Shown here: in pieces, positions 9,136-18,016 of the stretch
Position numbering within the stretch: position 1 is the stretch's first letter
Layout of the letters: each line of letters starts with the position of its first letter
From: a bacterium
GTDB lineage: Bacteria; RBG-13-61-14; DATKZS01
Reading direction: 5' to 3'
NCBI GenBank assembly: GCA_046484135.1
Contig: JAWOBU010000098.1
Span: 1-31,638, forward strand
Length of the DNA stretch: 31,638 nucleotides
The notes under the pieces: generated by a model
The model's input: only the letters and a program-made list of their open reading frames with translations
The model's database searches: none
Told to the model about the DNA's origin: nothing
Position numbers and translations under genes: made by a program

Positions 9136-9321
9136 ATGAGTTCCGAAGTTCGCGATAAATCGTCATACGATGACAAAGGCAGGCCCTCGAACGGCGCCGG
9201 GTTGCTTTCCGAGTTGCGCTCGTCCGGGTTAGTGGGCATGTGGACCGACCGCAAAGATTTGGGTCCCAGCAGCAAGGTTGCCCGCGACCTTAGAGATCTC
9301 GCCTACCGACGAAAAGATTGA
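9136..9321 (+). CDS. Small putative antitoxin (VapB-like)
   Basis: C-terminal GLVGMWTDRKDLG...ARDLR is typical of small antitoxins placed upstream of PIN toxins. Its stop overlaps the next ATG (TGATG). Alternative start at 9082 after AGGAGG. Confidence 0.55.
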   Translation: MSSEVRDKSSYDDKGRPSNGAGLLSELRSSGLVGMWTDRKDLGPSSKVARDLRDLAYRRKD

Positions 9322-9424
9322 TGGACGCGCCATGGGCTTGAATGCGGTTCTTTGTACTTTCAATGTTAAACACTTTAATGCCTTTACCAAACTTAAAACC
9401 GAGCAGCCATATCCCAAAAGTTGA
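9321..9424 (+). pseudogene. VapC/PIN toxin remnant with most of the gene deleted
   Basis: The coupled ATG at 9321 reaches a stop after 6 codons. Another frame (9332-9424) gives MGLNAVLCTFNVKHFNAFTKLKTEQPYPKS*, matching the typical VapC C-terminus (LxTxNxKHF...PY). Confidence 0.7.
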
Positions 9425-9524
9425 GGGTGACGGCCTTTCAAGGTTTAACCGGCTTTTTCTCCCTCATGGACGGCCCGAAATATAAAATCCGCGCTCTTGT
9501 TCTTTCGCGGCAACAGCTCCCATA

Positions 9525-9761
9525 TCATTCTCCATCCCTTATGCCCTTCTCATCTTCGAACGGGACCGATTCAATCTGCCATCGCCGGAAATCCGCCTGG
9601 GGAGCGCGCTTGGACAGATACAGCATCTCAATGCCCACCACGCGGCCTTCGGAATCATAATCCATGATTATCCCGGGCGAGACCTCCTTGGATTCACTGG
9701 CCGGGCCTTCACTAAGCGTCAAATACAGGGCGTCTGCCTGTTCGTCAACCTTAAGCTTCAT
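9525..9761 (-). CDS. DUF2283 domain protein (putative antitoxin)
   Basis: MKLKVDEQADALYLTL...GIIMDYDSEGRVVGIEML. ATGA overlap with the upstream DUF4258 gene. Confidence 0.88.
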   Translation of the reverse strand: MKLKVDEQADALYLTLSEGPASESKEVSPGIIMDYDSEGRVVGIEMLYLSKRAPQADFRRWQIESVPFEDEKGIRDGE

Positions 9762-10006
9762 GGTCTTTTCCTCCTCCGATCAAAATACACGGTAATGACC
9801 CGAGGCGGGTCTGCGTTCACATTCACAATCACCCGCAGGACCCTGCCCTCGAATTCTTCGATCGCCGAAAGCCGGTGTTCAAGCGCCGGGTCAACAGGAT
9901 CAGGCTCGATCCACTCCGGCTGCAAAAGAGCATGCTCCAGCCACTCGCGAGATATTCGGCGTTTCTCCATAGCCTCCTGCGCATGCTTCGTTAACTTGTA
10001 ATTCAT
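9758..10006 (-). CDS. DUF4258 domain protein (RelE-like putative toxin)
   Basis: LTKHAQEAMEKRRIS...GRVLRVIV...VITVYFDRR. Paired with DUF2283. Confidence 0.85.
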   Translation of the reverse strand: MNYKLTKHAQEAMEKRRISREWLEHALLQPEWIEPDPVDPALEHRLSAIEEFEGRVLRVIVNVNADPPRVITVYFDRRRKRP

Positions 10007-10128
10007 AGTATAACCTTTTTTACCACATCGTGCTCAGGACATATAGCTCGAATATTTTAGAAGTGCCCGGCTCCTGCGGGCGGCAATTGTGATGATGAGC
10101 TTTGCTTCCGCCATCGGAGTGCCCTTCC

Positions 10129-11538
10129 TCAACTCTTCGACTTCCCCTTTTTCTCGTACTTCTCGGAGGGGCGGGCTTTCCGGTCTTTATGGGGGTCGCT
10201 CTGTTGTTGGTCTTCCGGCCGGCTTCTCCAGTGTTCCAGCCTTTCTTTGATCTCCTTCTCATATCCCATGTCGGTGGGGTGGTAGAAGGTTTTGTCTTTT
10301 ATATCGTCGGGCAGGTACTGCTCTTTGACGAAGTGTTCAGGGTAGTGGTGGGGGTACTTGTAATCGCGGGCGTAGCCGAGGCTTTCCATGAGCGCGGTGG
10401 GCGCGTTGCGCAGGTGGAGGGGCGGCGGAAGCGAGCCCGACCTTCGGACCTCGTCGGTAACCTCTCCCATGGCCTGGTAGGAGGCGTTGGACTTGGGAGC
10501 GGTGGCGAGATAGGTAGCGGCCTGGGCCATGGGTATCCTTCCTTCGGGCAGGCCTACCGCGGAGAAGGCGTGCAGGGTATGCACCGCCACTGCGAGACCA
10601 TGGGGGTCTGCGTTCCCCACGTCCTCGGAAGCGAAGATGATCATGCGGCGGATGATGAAAAGCGGGTCCTCGCCCGCCTCCAGCATCCGGATCATCCAGT
10701 AGAGCGCCGCGTCCGGGTCGGAGCCCCGCAGGCTTTTTATAAACGCGGAAATCTGGTTGTAGTGCTCGTCCCCTGTCCGGTCGTAGGACAGGCTGCCGGT
10801 GGTGATCGCTTCCCTGACTGTGTCCAGGGAGATGCGGTCCGCCTTCTGCGACCGGGCGAGCGACAGGGACAGCTCGAGTCCGTTCAGGCCCCGGCGGGCG
10901 TCGCCTTCTGACACCCGGCCCAAGTAGTCCAGGACATCGTCGTCCACCGGCAGGGGCTCCTCCAGGCTGTAAAGCCCCCGCTCCCGGTCGGACACCGCCC
11001 GGGCCAATATCTCCCTTACGTGCTCCTCGGAAAGCGGGTTCATAACGCACACCCGGCAACGCGACAAAAGCGGGCTTATGACCTCGAAGCTCGGGTTCTG
11101 GGTGGTGGCCCCGACGAGCACCAGACGGCCCGATTCCACGTGGGGAAGGAAGGCGTCCTGCTGGGCCTTGTTCCAGCGGTGGATCTCGTCCACGAAAAGA
11201 ACGGTGCGGCGGCCCTCGTACTTCTTTCTCTCGTCCGCACGGGAGATGACCTCGCGCAGGTCCTTCAGACCGGACATGACCGCGGAAAAGGTCTCGAAGT
11301 CCGCGTTGGTGCTACGGGCCACGATCCGGGCCAGGGTGGTCTTGCCGCTGCCGGGCGGTCCCCACAAGATGAGGCTCATGAGACGGCCGCCTTCCAGCAG
11401 GCGTCGTAAGAACCTGCCTTCCCCCACCAGGTGTTCCTGGCCCGCGAACTCGTCCAGGGTGCGGGGCCTCATCCGGTCGGCCAGCGGAGCTTCCGCGGAG
11501 AGCTCTTTTTCCCCCGCGTAATCGAAAAGATCGACCAT
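10129..11538 (-). CDS. rarA: Replication-associated recombination protein A (AAA+ ATPase, RarA/MgsA)
   Basis: PLADRMRP, Walker A GPPGSGKTT, FVDEIHRWNKAQQD, ISAFIKSLRGSDPDAALYW, ASEDVGNADP and PLHLRNAPT. Start at ATG 11538 (MVDLF). Confidence 0.96.
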   Translation of the reverse strand: MVDLFDYAGEKELSAEAPLADRMRPRTLDEFAGQEHLVGEGRFLRRLLEGGRLMSLILWGPPGSGKTTLARIVARSTNADFETFSAVMSGLKDLREVISRADERKKYEGRRTVLFVDEIHRWNKAQQDAFLPHVESGRLVLVGATTQNPSFEVISPLLSRCRVCVMNPLSEEHVREILARAVSDRERGLYSLEEPLPVDDDVLDYLGRVSEGDARRGLNGLELSLSLARSQKADRISLDTVREAITTGSLSYDRTGDEHYNQISAFIKSLRGSDPDAALYWMIRMLEAGEDPLFIIRRMIIFASEDVGNADPHGLAVAVHTLHAFSAVGLPEGRIPMAQAATYLATAPKSNASYQAMGEVTDEVRRSGSLPPPLHLRNAPTALMESLGYARDYKYPHHYPEHFVKEQYLPDDIKDKTFYHPTDMGYEKEIKERLEHWRSRPEDQQQSDPHKDRKARPSEKYEKKGKSKS

Positions 11539-11794
11539 AAACTCAAAACTAGCACGGGCCCTGTCCGGTTGCAAGCATACCAGGCGGAGTAGGAAGGATG
11601 AAAAGAAGGATTTTACTTTTTCGGTATTTTGTTGTAGGATGCGGATGTTTTTTGCATCGTACTTGTTGTCTGCCCTTCGGTCAGGGATGGGATCTCGTTA
11701 TGGCAGTTTGGCTGGTGATTCGTAGTTGGGGGCAAGTTATTCAACTGATTGAAATTAGAGAAAAATTAATTTTTTTTAATGTTGGCTTTTTGTG

Positions 11795-11822
11795 TTGACA
11801 AGAAAGGCCGTTTGTGTATAAT
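11795..11822 (+). promoter_or_regulatory. Sigma70-type promoter for the dsr cluster
   Basis: Perfect TTGACA (11795-11800), a 16-nt spacer, then TATAAT (11817-11822). An AT-rich, UP-element-like tract lies upstream. Confidence 0.75.
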
Positions 11823-12087
11823 TTAGACTGCGAGGGCCTTTTTAGTAAAAGTGATGGAGGTAATTCCAGCCGACAGATCGCAGTAGGACCTTATTTTTTC
11901 TTCCATTTTCGTACTTTTAAACATAACGAGAAAAGCTCCGTCGAGAGGCCTGGATTGAGAAGTAGTTTGGCCTGGATGGAGATCATGATATAAGTGATAC
12001 GGGTAAACCACAGTGGGCGGGAGACTTTCCCGCGCGAGGAGCCGATATTTTCGGCGGAAGAATACCAAAAAGGGAGGAGAGACGCAC

Positions 12088-13290
12088 ATGTCTAAATCAG
12101 ACACCCCCCTTCTCGACGATCTTGAGAAGGGGCCATGGCCAAGTTTTGTAAAGGACATCAAGATGGCTGCGGAGAAGAAGCCGGAAACCATGGACCTTCT
12201 TCGCCAGCTCGAGCTTTCTTACAAGGAGAAGATCGGCCACTGGAAACACGGCGGGATAGTTGGTGTCCGCGGTTACGGCGGCGGCGTTATCGGCCGTTAC
12301 TCTGACCGGCCGGACCTTTTCCCGGGGGTGGAACATTTCCATACCATGCGGATAAACATGCCCTCGGGATGGTTTTACACTACGGATGCCCTTCGCAAAG
12401 TCTGCGACATCTGGGACAAGCACGGCTCGGGCATGACCAATATGCACGGCTCGACCGGCGACATCATCCTTTTAGGATGCCGCACCGAGGAGCTCCAGCC
12501 CTGTTTCGACGACCTGTCCGACGCCGGCTTCGACCTGGGCGGCTCCGGGTCGGCTCTTCGGACGCCGTCCGGCTGCGTGGGCCCGGCCCGTTGCGAGTGG
12601 GCCTGCTACGACAGCCTGGACGCCTGCAACGACATCACCCACACCTTCCAGAACGAGCTTCACCGGCCCATGTGGCCCTACAAGTTCAAGTTCAAGTTCT
12701 CGGCCTGCCCGAACGACTGCGTGGCCGCGATCGCCCGTGCGGACTTCTCGGTGATCGGTACCTGGAAGGACGACATCAAGATTGATCAGGAAGCGGTAAA
12801 GAGCTACGCGGACGAGGGCATGGACATCCAGAGCGAGATCGTGGAGCTCTGTCCCACCCGGTGTATGAGCTGGGACGGCAAGAAGCTTGAGATTGACAAC
12901 AAGAACTGCACCCGCTGCATGCACTGCATCAACAAGATGACCAAGGCCCTCCGGCCCGGTGACGAGCGGGGCGCGACCCTGTTGTGCGGCGGCAAGGCCC
13001 CCATCCTGGAGGGAGCAATGATGAGCTGGGTCATCTGGCCCTTCTTCAAGATGGAAAGCCCCTACGACGAGCTCAAGGAGTTCGCCGAGCAGGTATGGGA
13101 CTGGTGGGACGAGAACGGCAAGATGCGCGAGCGCCTGGGCGAGCTCATTGACCGCATGGGAATGCGGGTGTTCCTGAAAGAGATGGGCATTAAGCCCATC
13201 CCGCAGATGGTGCGGGTGCCGCGTTTCAACCCCTACACCTTCTGGTGGCCGGAAGAGGTCCCCGAGCGGACCAACGTGCCCGAGCTCTGA
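12088..13290 (+). CDS. dsrA: Dissimilatory sulfite reductase alpha subunit
   Basis: [16 protein letters not shown] and [21 protein letters not shown]. Siroheme/[4Fe-4S] motif CVGPARC...CPNDC and ferredoxin domain CPTRC...CTRCMHC. ATG follows GGAGG. Confidence 0.98.
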   Translation: MSKSDTPLLDDLEKGPWPSFVKDIKMAAEKKPETMDLLRQLELSYKEKIGHWKHGGIVGVRGYGGGVIGRYSDRPDLFPGVEHFHTMRINMPSGWFYTTDALRKVCDIWDKHGSGMTNMHGSTGDIILLGCRTEELQPCFDDLSDAGFDLGGSGSALRTPSGCVGPARCEWACYDSLDACNDITHTFQNELHRPMWPYKFKFKFSACPNDCVAAIARADFSVIGTWKDDIKIDQEAVKSYADEGMDIQSEIVELCPTRCMSWDGKKLEIDNKNCTRCMHCINKMTKALRPGDERGATLLCGGKAPILEGAMMSWVIWPFFKMESPYDELKEFAEQVWDWWDENGKMRERLGELIDRMGMRVFLKEMGIKPIPQMVRVPRFNPYTFWWPEEVPERTNVPEL

Positions 13291-13343
13291 TAAGGCATCG
13301 GCTTTAAACTAAGCCCATTTATAGAGAAAGGAGAAAAAACGAG

Positions 13344-14402
13344 ATGTCTACTACAGATATAGGACCTCCAGATTTTAAAAACTTTCTGCCGCCCGTAATC
13401 AAGAACAACTACGGGAAGTGGCAGTACCACGAGGAGTTCGAGCCCGGCGTTCTCTGCCATACAGCGGAGTCCGGAGACAAAATCTACACCGTCCGGGTGG
13501 GCGGCGCCCGGCTTATCGCCACCGACCGCATCCGGGAGTACTGCGAGATAGCGGACAAGTACTGTGACGGCTACATGCGTTTCACCAGCCGGCATAACGC
13601 CGAGTTCCTGCTCACCGACGAGAGCAAGATCGAGCCCTTGAAGAAAGAACTTTCCGAGCGGGGCTACCCGGTAGGCGGCACCGGCGCGGGTATCACCTCG
13701 ATCGTGCATACCCAGGGGTGGGTGCACTGCCATACCCCGGCCACCGATGCCTCCGGCGTGGTCAAGGCGGTAATGGACGAGCTGATTGACTACTTCCACG
13801 ACAAGAGGCTTCCCGGCAAGTGCCGGATCGCCCTGGCCTGCTGTCTTAACATGTGCGGCGCCGTGCACTGCTCCGACATCGCCATCCTGGGCATCCACCG
13901 GCTCCCCCCGGTGGTGGACGCGGAGAAGGTGGGCAAGCTTTGCGAGGTTCCCACTGTTATCGCGTCGTGTCCGACCGCGGCGATCCGTCCGGACCCCAAG
14001 ACCAAGAGCGTTCAGATCAACGAGGAGCGGTGCATGTACTGTGGCAACTGCTACACCATGTGCCCGGCCCTTCCCATGGCTGATCCGGAAGGCGACGGCA
14101 TCTCCATCTGGGTGGGCGGCAAGGTGAGCAACACCCGGTCCGGGCCGGCCTTCTCCAAGCTGGCCATTCCTTTCCTTCCCAACAACCCGCCCCGCTGGCC
14201 CGAGGTGGTGGACGCGGTCAAGAACATCGTGGAAAAGTACGCCGAGGGCGCCAGAAAGCACGAGCGGGTCGGCGAGTGGATCGAGAGGATCAGCTGGGAG
14301 AAGTTCTTCGAGATTACCGGCATCGAGTTTACGGACAAGCACATAGACGATTTCAAGCTTTCCTACACCACGTATCGCAGCACCGCCCAGTTCCGTTACT
14401 AA
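13344..14402 (+). CDS. dsrB: Dissimilatory sulfite reductase beta subunit
   Basis: TDIGPP...[47 protein letters not shown] and PNNPPRWPE. Confidence 0.98.
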   Translation: MSTTDIGPPDFKNFLPPVIKNNYGKWQYHEEFEPGVLCHTAESGDKIYTVRVGGARLIATDRIREYCEIADKYCDGYMRFTSRHNAEFLLTDESKIEPLKKELSERGYPVGGTGAGITSIVHTQGWVHCHTPATDASGVVKAVMDELIDYFHDKRLPGKCRIALACCLNMCGAVHCSDIAILGIHRLPPVVDAEKVGKLCEVPTVIASCPTAAIRPDPKTKSVQINEERCMYCGNCYTMCPALPMADPEGDGISIWVGGKVSNTRSGPAFSKLAIPFLPNNPPRWPEVVDAVKNIVEKYAEGARKHERVGEWIERISWEKFFEITGIEFTDKHIDDFKLSYTTYRSTAQFRY

Positions 14403-14423
14403 GGGACCGGGGAAAGATAGATC

Positions 14424-15866
14424 ATGGTTTTCAATCCGGGCGGGGAAGGGAAGCAGGTCTCTTCCCCTGCCCGGGGAAAACTCCTGGTGGGGGGCCTTCG
14501 CGGAAGCTCGGGGAAAACCATAGTAACCCTGGGGCTTATCGGGGCCTTGAAGAACCGGGGGGTACCGGTCACCGCCTTCAAAAAGGGACCGGACTACATT
14601 GACGCGGCCTGGCATAGCCGGGCCACCGGCAGTCCCTGCTACTGCCTGGACGTTTACCTGATGGGACCGGAGAGGACGGCCCATCAGTTCATGATGAAAT
14701 CCCCCCTTGAGGGGGTGGCGGTTATAGAAGGCAACCGCGGGCTCTTTGACGGTTTTGACGAACACGGCAGCTACAGCACGGCAGAGCTTTCCAAGCTCCT
14801 TTCCGTGCCGGTCATACTGGTGGTTGACGTTACCAAGTGCACGCGCACCGCTGCGGCGCTGGTTCTGGGATGCACCCGTCTGGACCCCGCGGTCCGGATC
14901 GCGGGAGTGGTCCTGAACCGGGTTGCAGGCGATCGGCACGAGCGGGTGGTATCGAGGTCCATCGAGGAGGCCGCGGGTGTACCGGTGGTGGGTGCGGTTC
15001 CCAAGCTGGCCGGCGCGGTGACGCCGGAGCGCCACCTGGGGCTGGTAACTCCGGAGGAGACGCTGGACGCCGAGGACTGGATCACCAACCTGGGACGGGA
15101 GATAGCTCCATATCTCGACGTGGACCGGATGCTGGAGTTTGGAGCTCTCCCTGCTACTCGTCGGGTTCCCGGCATAGAGTCCCGCGCCGGGGTTTCTTTA
15201 AGCCGCGGGGTAAAGATCGGGGTGGTCCATGATTCGGCATTCCCTTTTTACTATCCCGAGAACCTGGAGGCCCTGGAGAGAGAAGGAGCGGAGCTTATAT
15301 ACCTCCGGGCGGTGGATGGAGGCGAGTTGCCGGATATTGACGCTCTTTACGTGGGAGGCGGGTTTCCGGAGACGCACGCGGAGCTCCTTTCCGGAAACCA
15401 TGTGTTCAAGCGGTCGTTGCGCGAGAGGGTGGAGAGCGGACTGCCGGTGTACGCCGAATGCGGAGGCGCCATATTGCTGGGCCGGAGGATTTACTACCGG
15501 GAGCGGTGGTACGAGATGGCGGGCGTTCTTCCGCTGGATTTCGAGTTCTGCGACAAGCCGCAGGGCCACGGCTACACCGAGTGGGAGATCGAGAGCGAGA
15601 ACCCGTTTTACGAGGCGGGCACGCGCCTGCGCGGACACGAGTTTCATTATACCCGGGCGGTGGACTTTTCCCCGGAACGGCTTGACACCGTCTGCCGGGT
15701 CTTGCGGGGCTCGGGTTTCGGGGACGGACGGGAAGGAGTAAGAGTGCACAACGTGGCGGCCTTTTACGGTCACGTACATGCGCTCGGTTCTCCGGAATGG
15801 GCCCGCGGACTGGTAAAGGCGGCGGGGTTTTACTCGGGAGGCCGCACCGGGATTCTATATGCGTAA
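14424..15866 (+). CDS. dsrN: Siroheme amidase (cobyrinate a,c-diamide synthase-like)
   Basis: GSSGKT, FKKGPDYID, IEGNRGLFDG, ERHLGL, FYYPENLE, GGGFPE, YAECGG and GHEFHY. Located directly after dsrB. Confidence 0.93.
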   Translation: MVFNPGGEGKQVSSPARGKLLVGGLRGSSGKTIVTLGLIGALKNRGVPVTAFKKGPDYIDAAWHSRATGSPCYCLDVYLMGPERTAHQFMMKSPLEGVAVIEGNRGLFDGFDEHGSYSTAELSKLLSVPVILVVDVTKCTRTAAALVLGCTRLDPAVRIAGVVLNRVAGDRHERVVSRSIEEAAGVPVVGAVPKLAGAVTPERHLGLVTPEETLDAEDWITNLGREIAPYLDVDRMLEFGALPATRRVPGIESRAGVSLSRGVKIGVVHDSAFPFYYPENLEALEREGAELIYLRAVDGGELPDIDALYVGGGFPETHAELLSGNHVFKRSLRERVESGLPVYAECGGAILLGRRIYYRERWYEMAGVLPLDFEFCDKPQGHGYTEWEIESENPFYEAGTRLRGHEFHYTRAVDFSPERLDTVCRVLRGSGFGDGREGVRVHNVAAFYGHVHALGSPEWARGLVKAAGFYSGGRTGILYA

Positions 15867-15961
15867 GGTCTTGTGCTTTTGCAAAGGCTTGGAGTTTTGG
15901 TTTAGGGTATAAACACTGTAATTAATCAAAGTGCCCTTTTGGGGCGAAGGAGGTTTTTAAC

Positions 15962-16279
15962 ATGCCTATGGCGACTCTTGGTGGTAAGGAAATCGAGATT
16001 GACGAGGACGGATTCATTCAGGACCCTGATGCATGGGACGAGAACGTGGCCAAGGACCTTGCCAAGACGGAAGAGGTGGAGGAGATGACGGAGGAGCACT
16101 GGAAGCTGGTCAACTATCTCCGTGATTATTATCAGAAGTTCCAGATCGCTCCCATGATCCGGAAGCTTTGCAAGGAGACCGGCTTAGATTTAAAGAGGAT
16201 TTACGAGCTTTTCCCGAGCGGTCCGGCCAAGGGGGCCTGCAAGGTCGCCGGTCTTCCCAAGCCCACAGGCTGCGTCTAA
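15962..16279 (+). CDS. dsrC: Sulfur-carrier protein DsrC
   Basis: DEDGF...W and C-terminal FPSGPAKGACKVAGLPKPTGCV with both conserved cysteines (CX10C). Strong AAGGAGG RBS. Confidence 0.97.
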   Translation: MPMATLGGKEIEIDEDGFIQDPDAWDENVAKDLAKTEEVEEMTEEHWKLVNYLRDYYQKFQIAPMIRKLCKETGLDLKRIYELFPSGPAKGACKVAGLPKPTGCV

Positions 16280-16456
16280 GACTTATTTTTCATTAAAAAG
16301 AGGGTTTTCTTTCGGTGCCGGGCCTATACAGGCCCGGTTCCGAAAGGACCGTTAAACCGGTCGGCGCGGACGGGAGGTCCCGGGTTTTGCTGAGAGAAGC
16401 CGGGCTCTTTTTCAGGTCAGTCGGAGGGGCGCCGGCAAAGCAGGCGGGAATTTTTT

Positions 16457-17005
16457 ATGCTCTCGGATTACTTGCGCGAAAACAGCTCTTCCATAGTAAA
16501 ACGTTGGTTTGAACTGACACTTGATAGTTACTCACCAGACAGCCGGCCGTATTTCCAGGACGTTGGCGCCCGGTTCACCAACCCGGTTGGTTCCACTTTG
16601 CACTCGGAGCTCGAGGCTATTTTTAATGATCTGGTTGATGGTTTTGATGCCGAGGCTCTTTATCCGAGCCTTAACAACATCGTGAGTATACGGGCTGTTC
16701 AGGAGTTCTCTCCCTCGCAGGCTATGGGATTCATCTTCTGTTTGAAGCAGGCGGTGCGGGAGCGTCTTTGTTCGGAGTCATCCGAGGTTTGCAGCATCAA
16801 CGATATACTTGATTTCGAGACCAAGGTGGACCAGTTGGTCCTGCTCAGTTTCGAGATTTACATGAGCTCCAAACAGAAGATTTACGACATCAAGGCCACC
16901 GAGATCCGGCAACGGACCGCCCGTCTTCTTGATCGCTACTGTGGCGGGGCGGACCAGATCAAGGCGCCTTCGGAGGAGGACACCGACTCGAGCGGTACGG
17001 ATTAA
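16457..17005 (+). CDS. dsrT: DsrT (RsbRD N-terminal domain protein)
   Basis: RW...DSY...FTNPVG...IVSIRAVQEFSPSQAMGFIFCLK. Located immediately upstream of dsrM. Confidence 0.92.
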   Translation: MLSDYLRENSSSIVKRWFELTLDSYSPDSRPYFQDVGARFTNPVGSTLHSELEAIFNDLVDGFDAEALYPSLNNIVSIRAVQEFSPSQAMGFIFCLKQAVRERLCSESSEVCSINDILDFETKVDQLVLLSFEIYMSSKQKIYDIKATEIRQRTARLLDRYCGGADQIKAPSEEDTDSSGTD

Positions 17006-17022
17006 AGGAGAGGTAGTGGCAA

Positions 17023-18012
17023 ATGAAGGCCTTGTTTTCTTTGATGGTGGTGATCATCCTGGTTCTGTTGGCCTACGTGGGGGTCGAGGTCGTCGCGTTG
17101 GATTATGTTTTCGGGGTGGTCATACCCTACGCCGCGATCGCGGTGTTCCTGGTCGGATTTGCGGGCCGGGTTTTAGGGTGGAGCCGGAGCGCGGTCCCTT
17201 TTAAGATAACCACCACCTGCGGTCAACAGAAAAGCCATCCCTGGATCAAGCACAGCTACACGGAGAGCCCTTCCAGCACCTTGGGGGTAGTAGTTCGGAT
17301 GGCCCTTGAAGTTCTGCTTTTCCGTTCGTTGTTCCGGAACGTGGGCTTTGATCTCAAAAACCAGCGGCTCCGCTATAACCAGACCATCTGGCTCTGGATC
17401 GCGGGCCTGGCTTTCCATTACAGCTTTCTGGTCATCTTTCTGCGCCATTTCCGGATTTTCATGGAGCCTTCCCCGTTTTTCGTGGAGCTCCTGCAGAACT
17501 TCGACGGCTTTCTGGAGCTGGGTGTCCCGGCCATCTTCATCTCGGACATAGTTCTTCTGGCCGCGGCCTCCTATCTTTTCCTGCGCAGGGTGGCCATACC
17601 CCAGATGCGGTATTTGTCTTTGCCCTCCGACTATTTCCCGCTTTTTCTGATCCTCGGCATCGCCGTCTCCGGGGTACTGATGCAGCAGTTTTTCAAGGTC
17701 AACATCCACGACGTAAAAGAGCTTACCGCGGGCCTGTTCAGCTTCCACCCCACGGTCCCTTCGGACATCGGGGCCGCCTTTTACATCCATCTTTTCCTGG
17801 TCTGCGCCCTGCTGTTTTATTTCCCCTTCAGCAAGCTCATGCACATGGGCGGAGTATTCTTGAGCCCGACCCGCAACCTGGCCAATAACAGCCGGCGGAC
17901 GCGGCACGTAAACCCCTGGAACTACCCGGTAACCACCCGCCATTACTCGGACTACGAGGACGAGTTCCGGGAAGTAATGAAAGAGGCGGACATGCCTCTG
18001 GAGAAGGAATAA
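17023..18012 (+). CDS. dsrM: DsrM, membrane cytochrome b subunit (NarI-like)
   Basis: PFKITTTCGQQKS, RMALEVLLFRSLFRN, FHYSF...RH and YIH...FPFSKLMHMGGVFLSPTRNLANNSR. Confidence 0.96.
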   Translation: MKALFSLMVVIILVLLAYVGVEVVALDYVFGVVIPYAAIAVFLVGFAGRVLGWSRSAVPFKITTTCGQQKSHPWIKHSYTESPSSTLGVVVRMALEVLLFRSLFRNVGFDLKNQRLRYNQTIWLWIAGLAFHYSFLVIFLRHFRIFMEPSPFFVELLQNFDGFLELGVPAIFISDIVLLAAASYLFLRRVAIPQMRYLSLPSDYFPLFLILGIAVSGVLMQQFFKVNIHDVKELTAGLFSFHPTVPSDIGAAFYIHLFLVCALLFYFPFSKLMHMGGVFLSPTRNLANNSRRTRHVNPWNYPVTTRHYSDYEDEFREVMKEADMPLEKE

Positions 18013-18016
18013 GGCA

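Noticed and set aside
11598..12087. Hidden dsrD or other small CDS upstream of dsrA (ORFs 11598..11798, 11823..12191)
   Set aside because: No DsrD-like motif. The composition is AT-rich promoter or leader sequence.
13233..15035. 600-aa minus-strand ORF and similar long antisense ORFs (e.g. 7385..8575, 18257..19537, 29146..30312, 30424..31590)
   Set aside because: These are shadow ORFs opposite well-supported genes, expected with high-GC codon bias, and carry no motifs.
14424..15866. Cobalamin biosynthesis cbiA/cobB
   Set aside because: Same family, but its position between dsrB and dsrC with no other cob/cbi genes supports dsrN.
15867..15961. Defined internal promoter for dsrC
   Set aside because: A TATAAA hexamer is present, but no well-spaced -35 could be assigned, so it is not reported as a feature.
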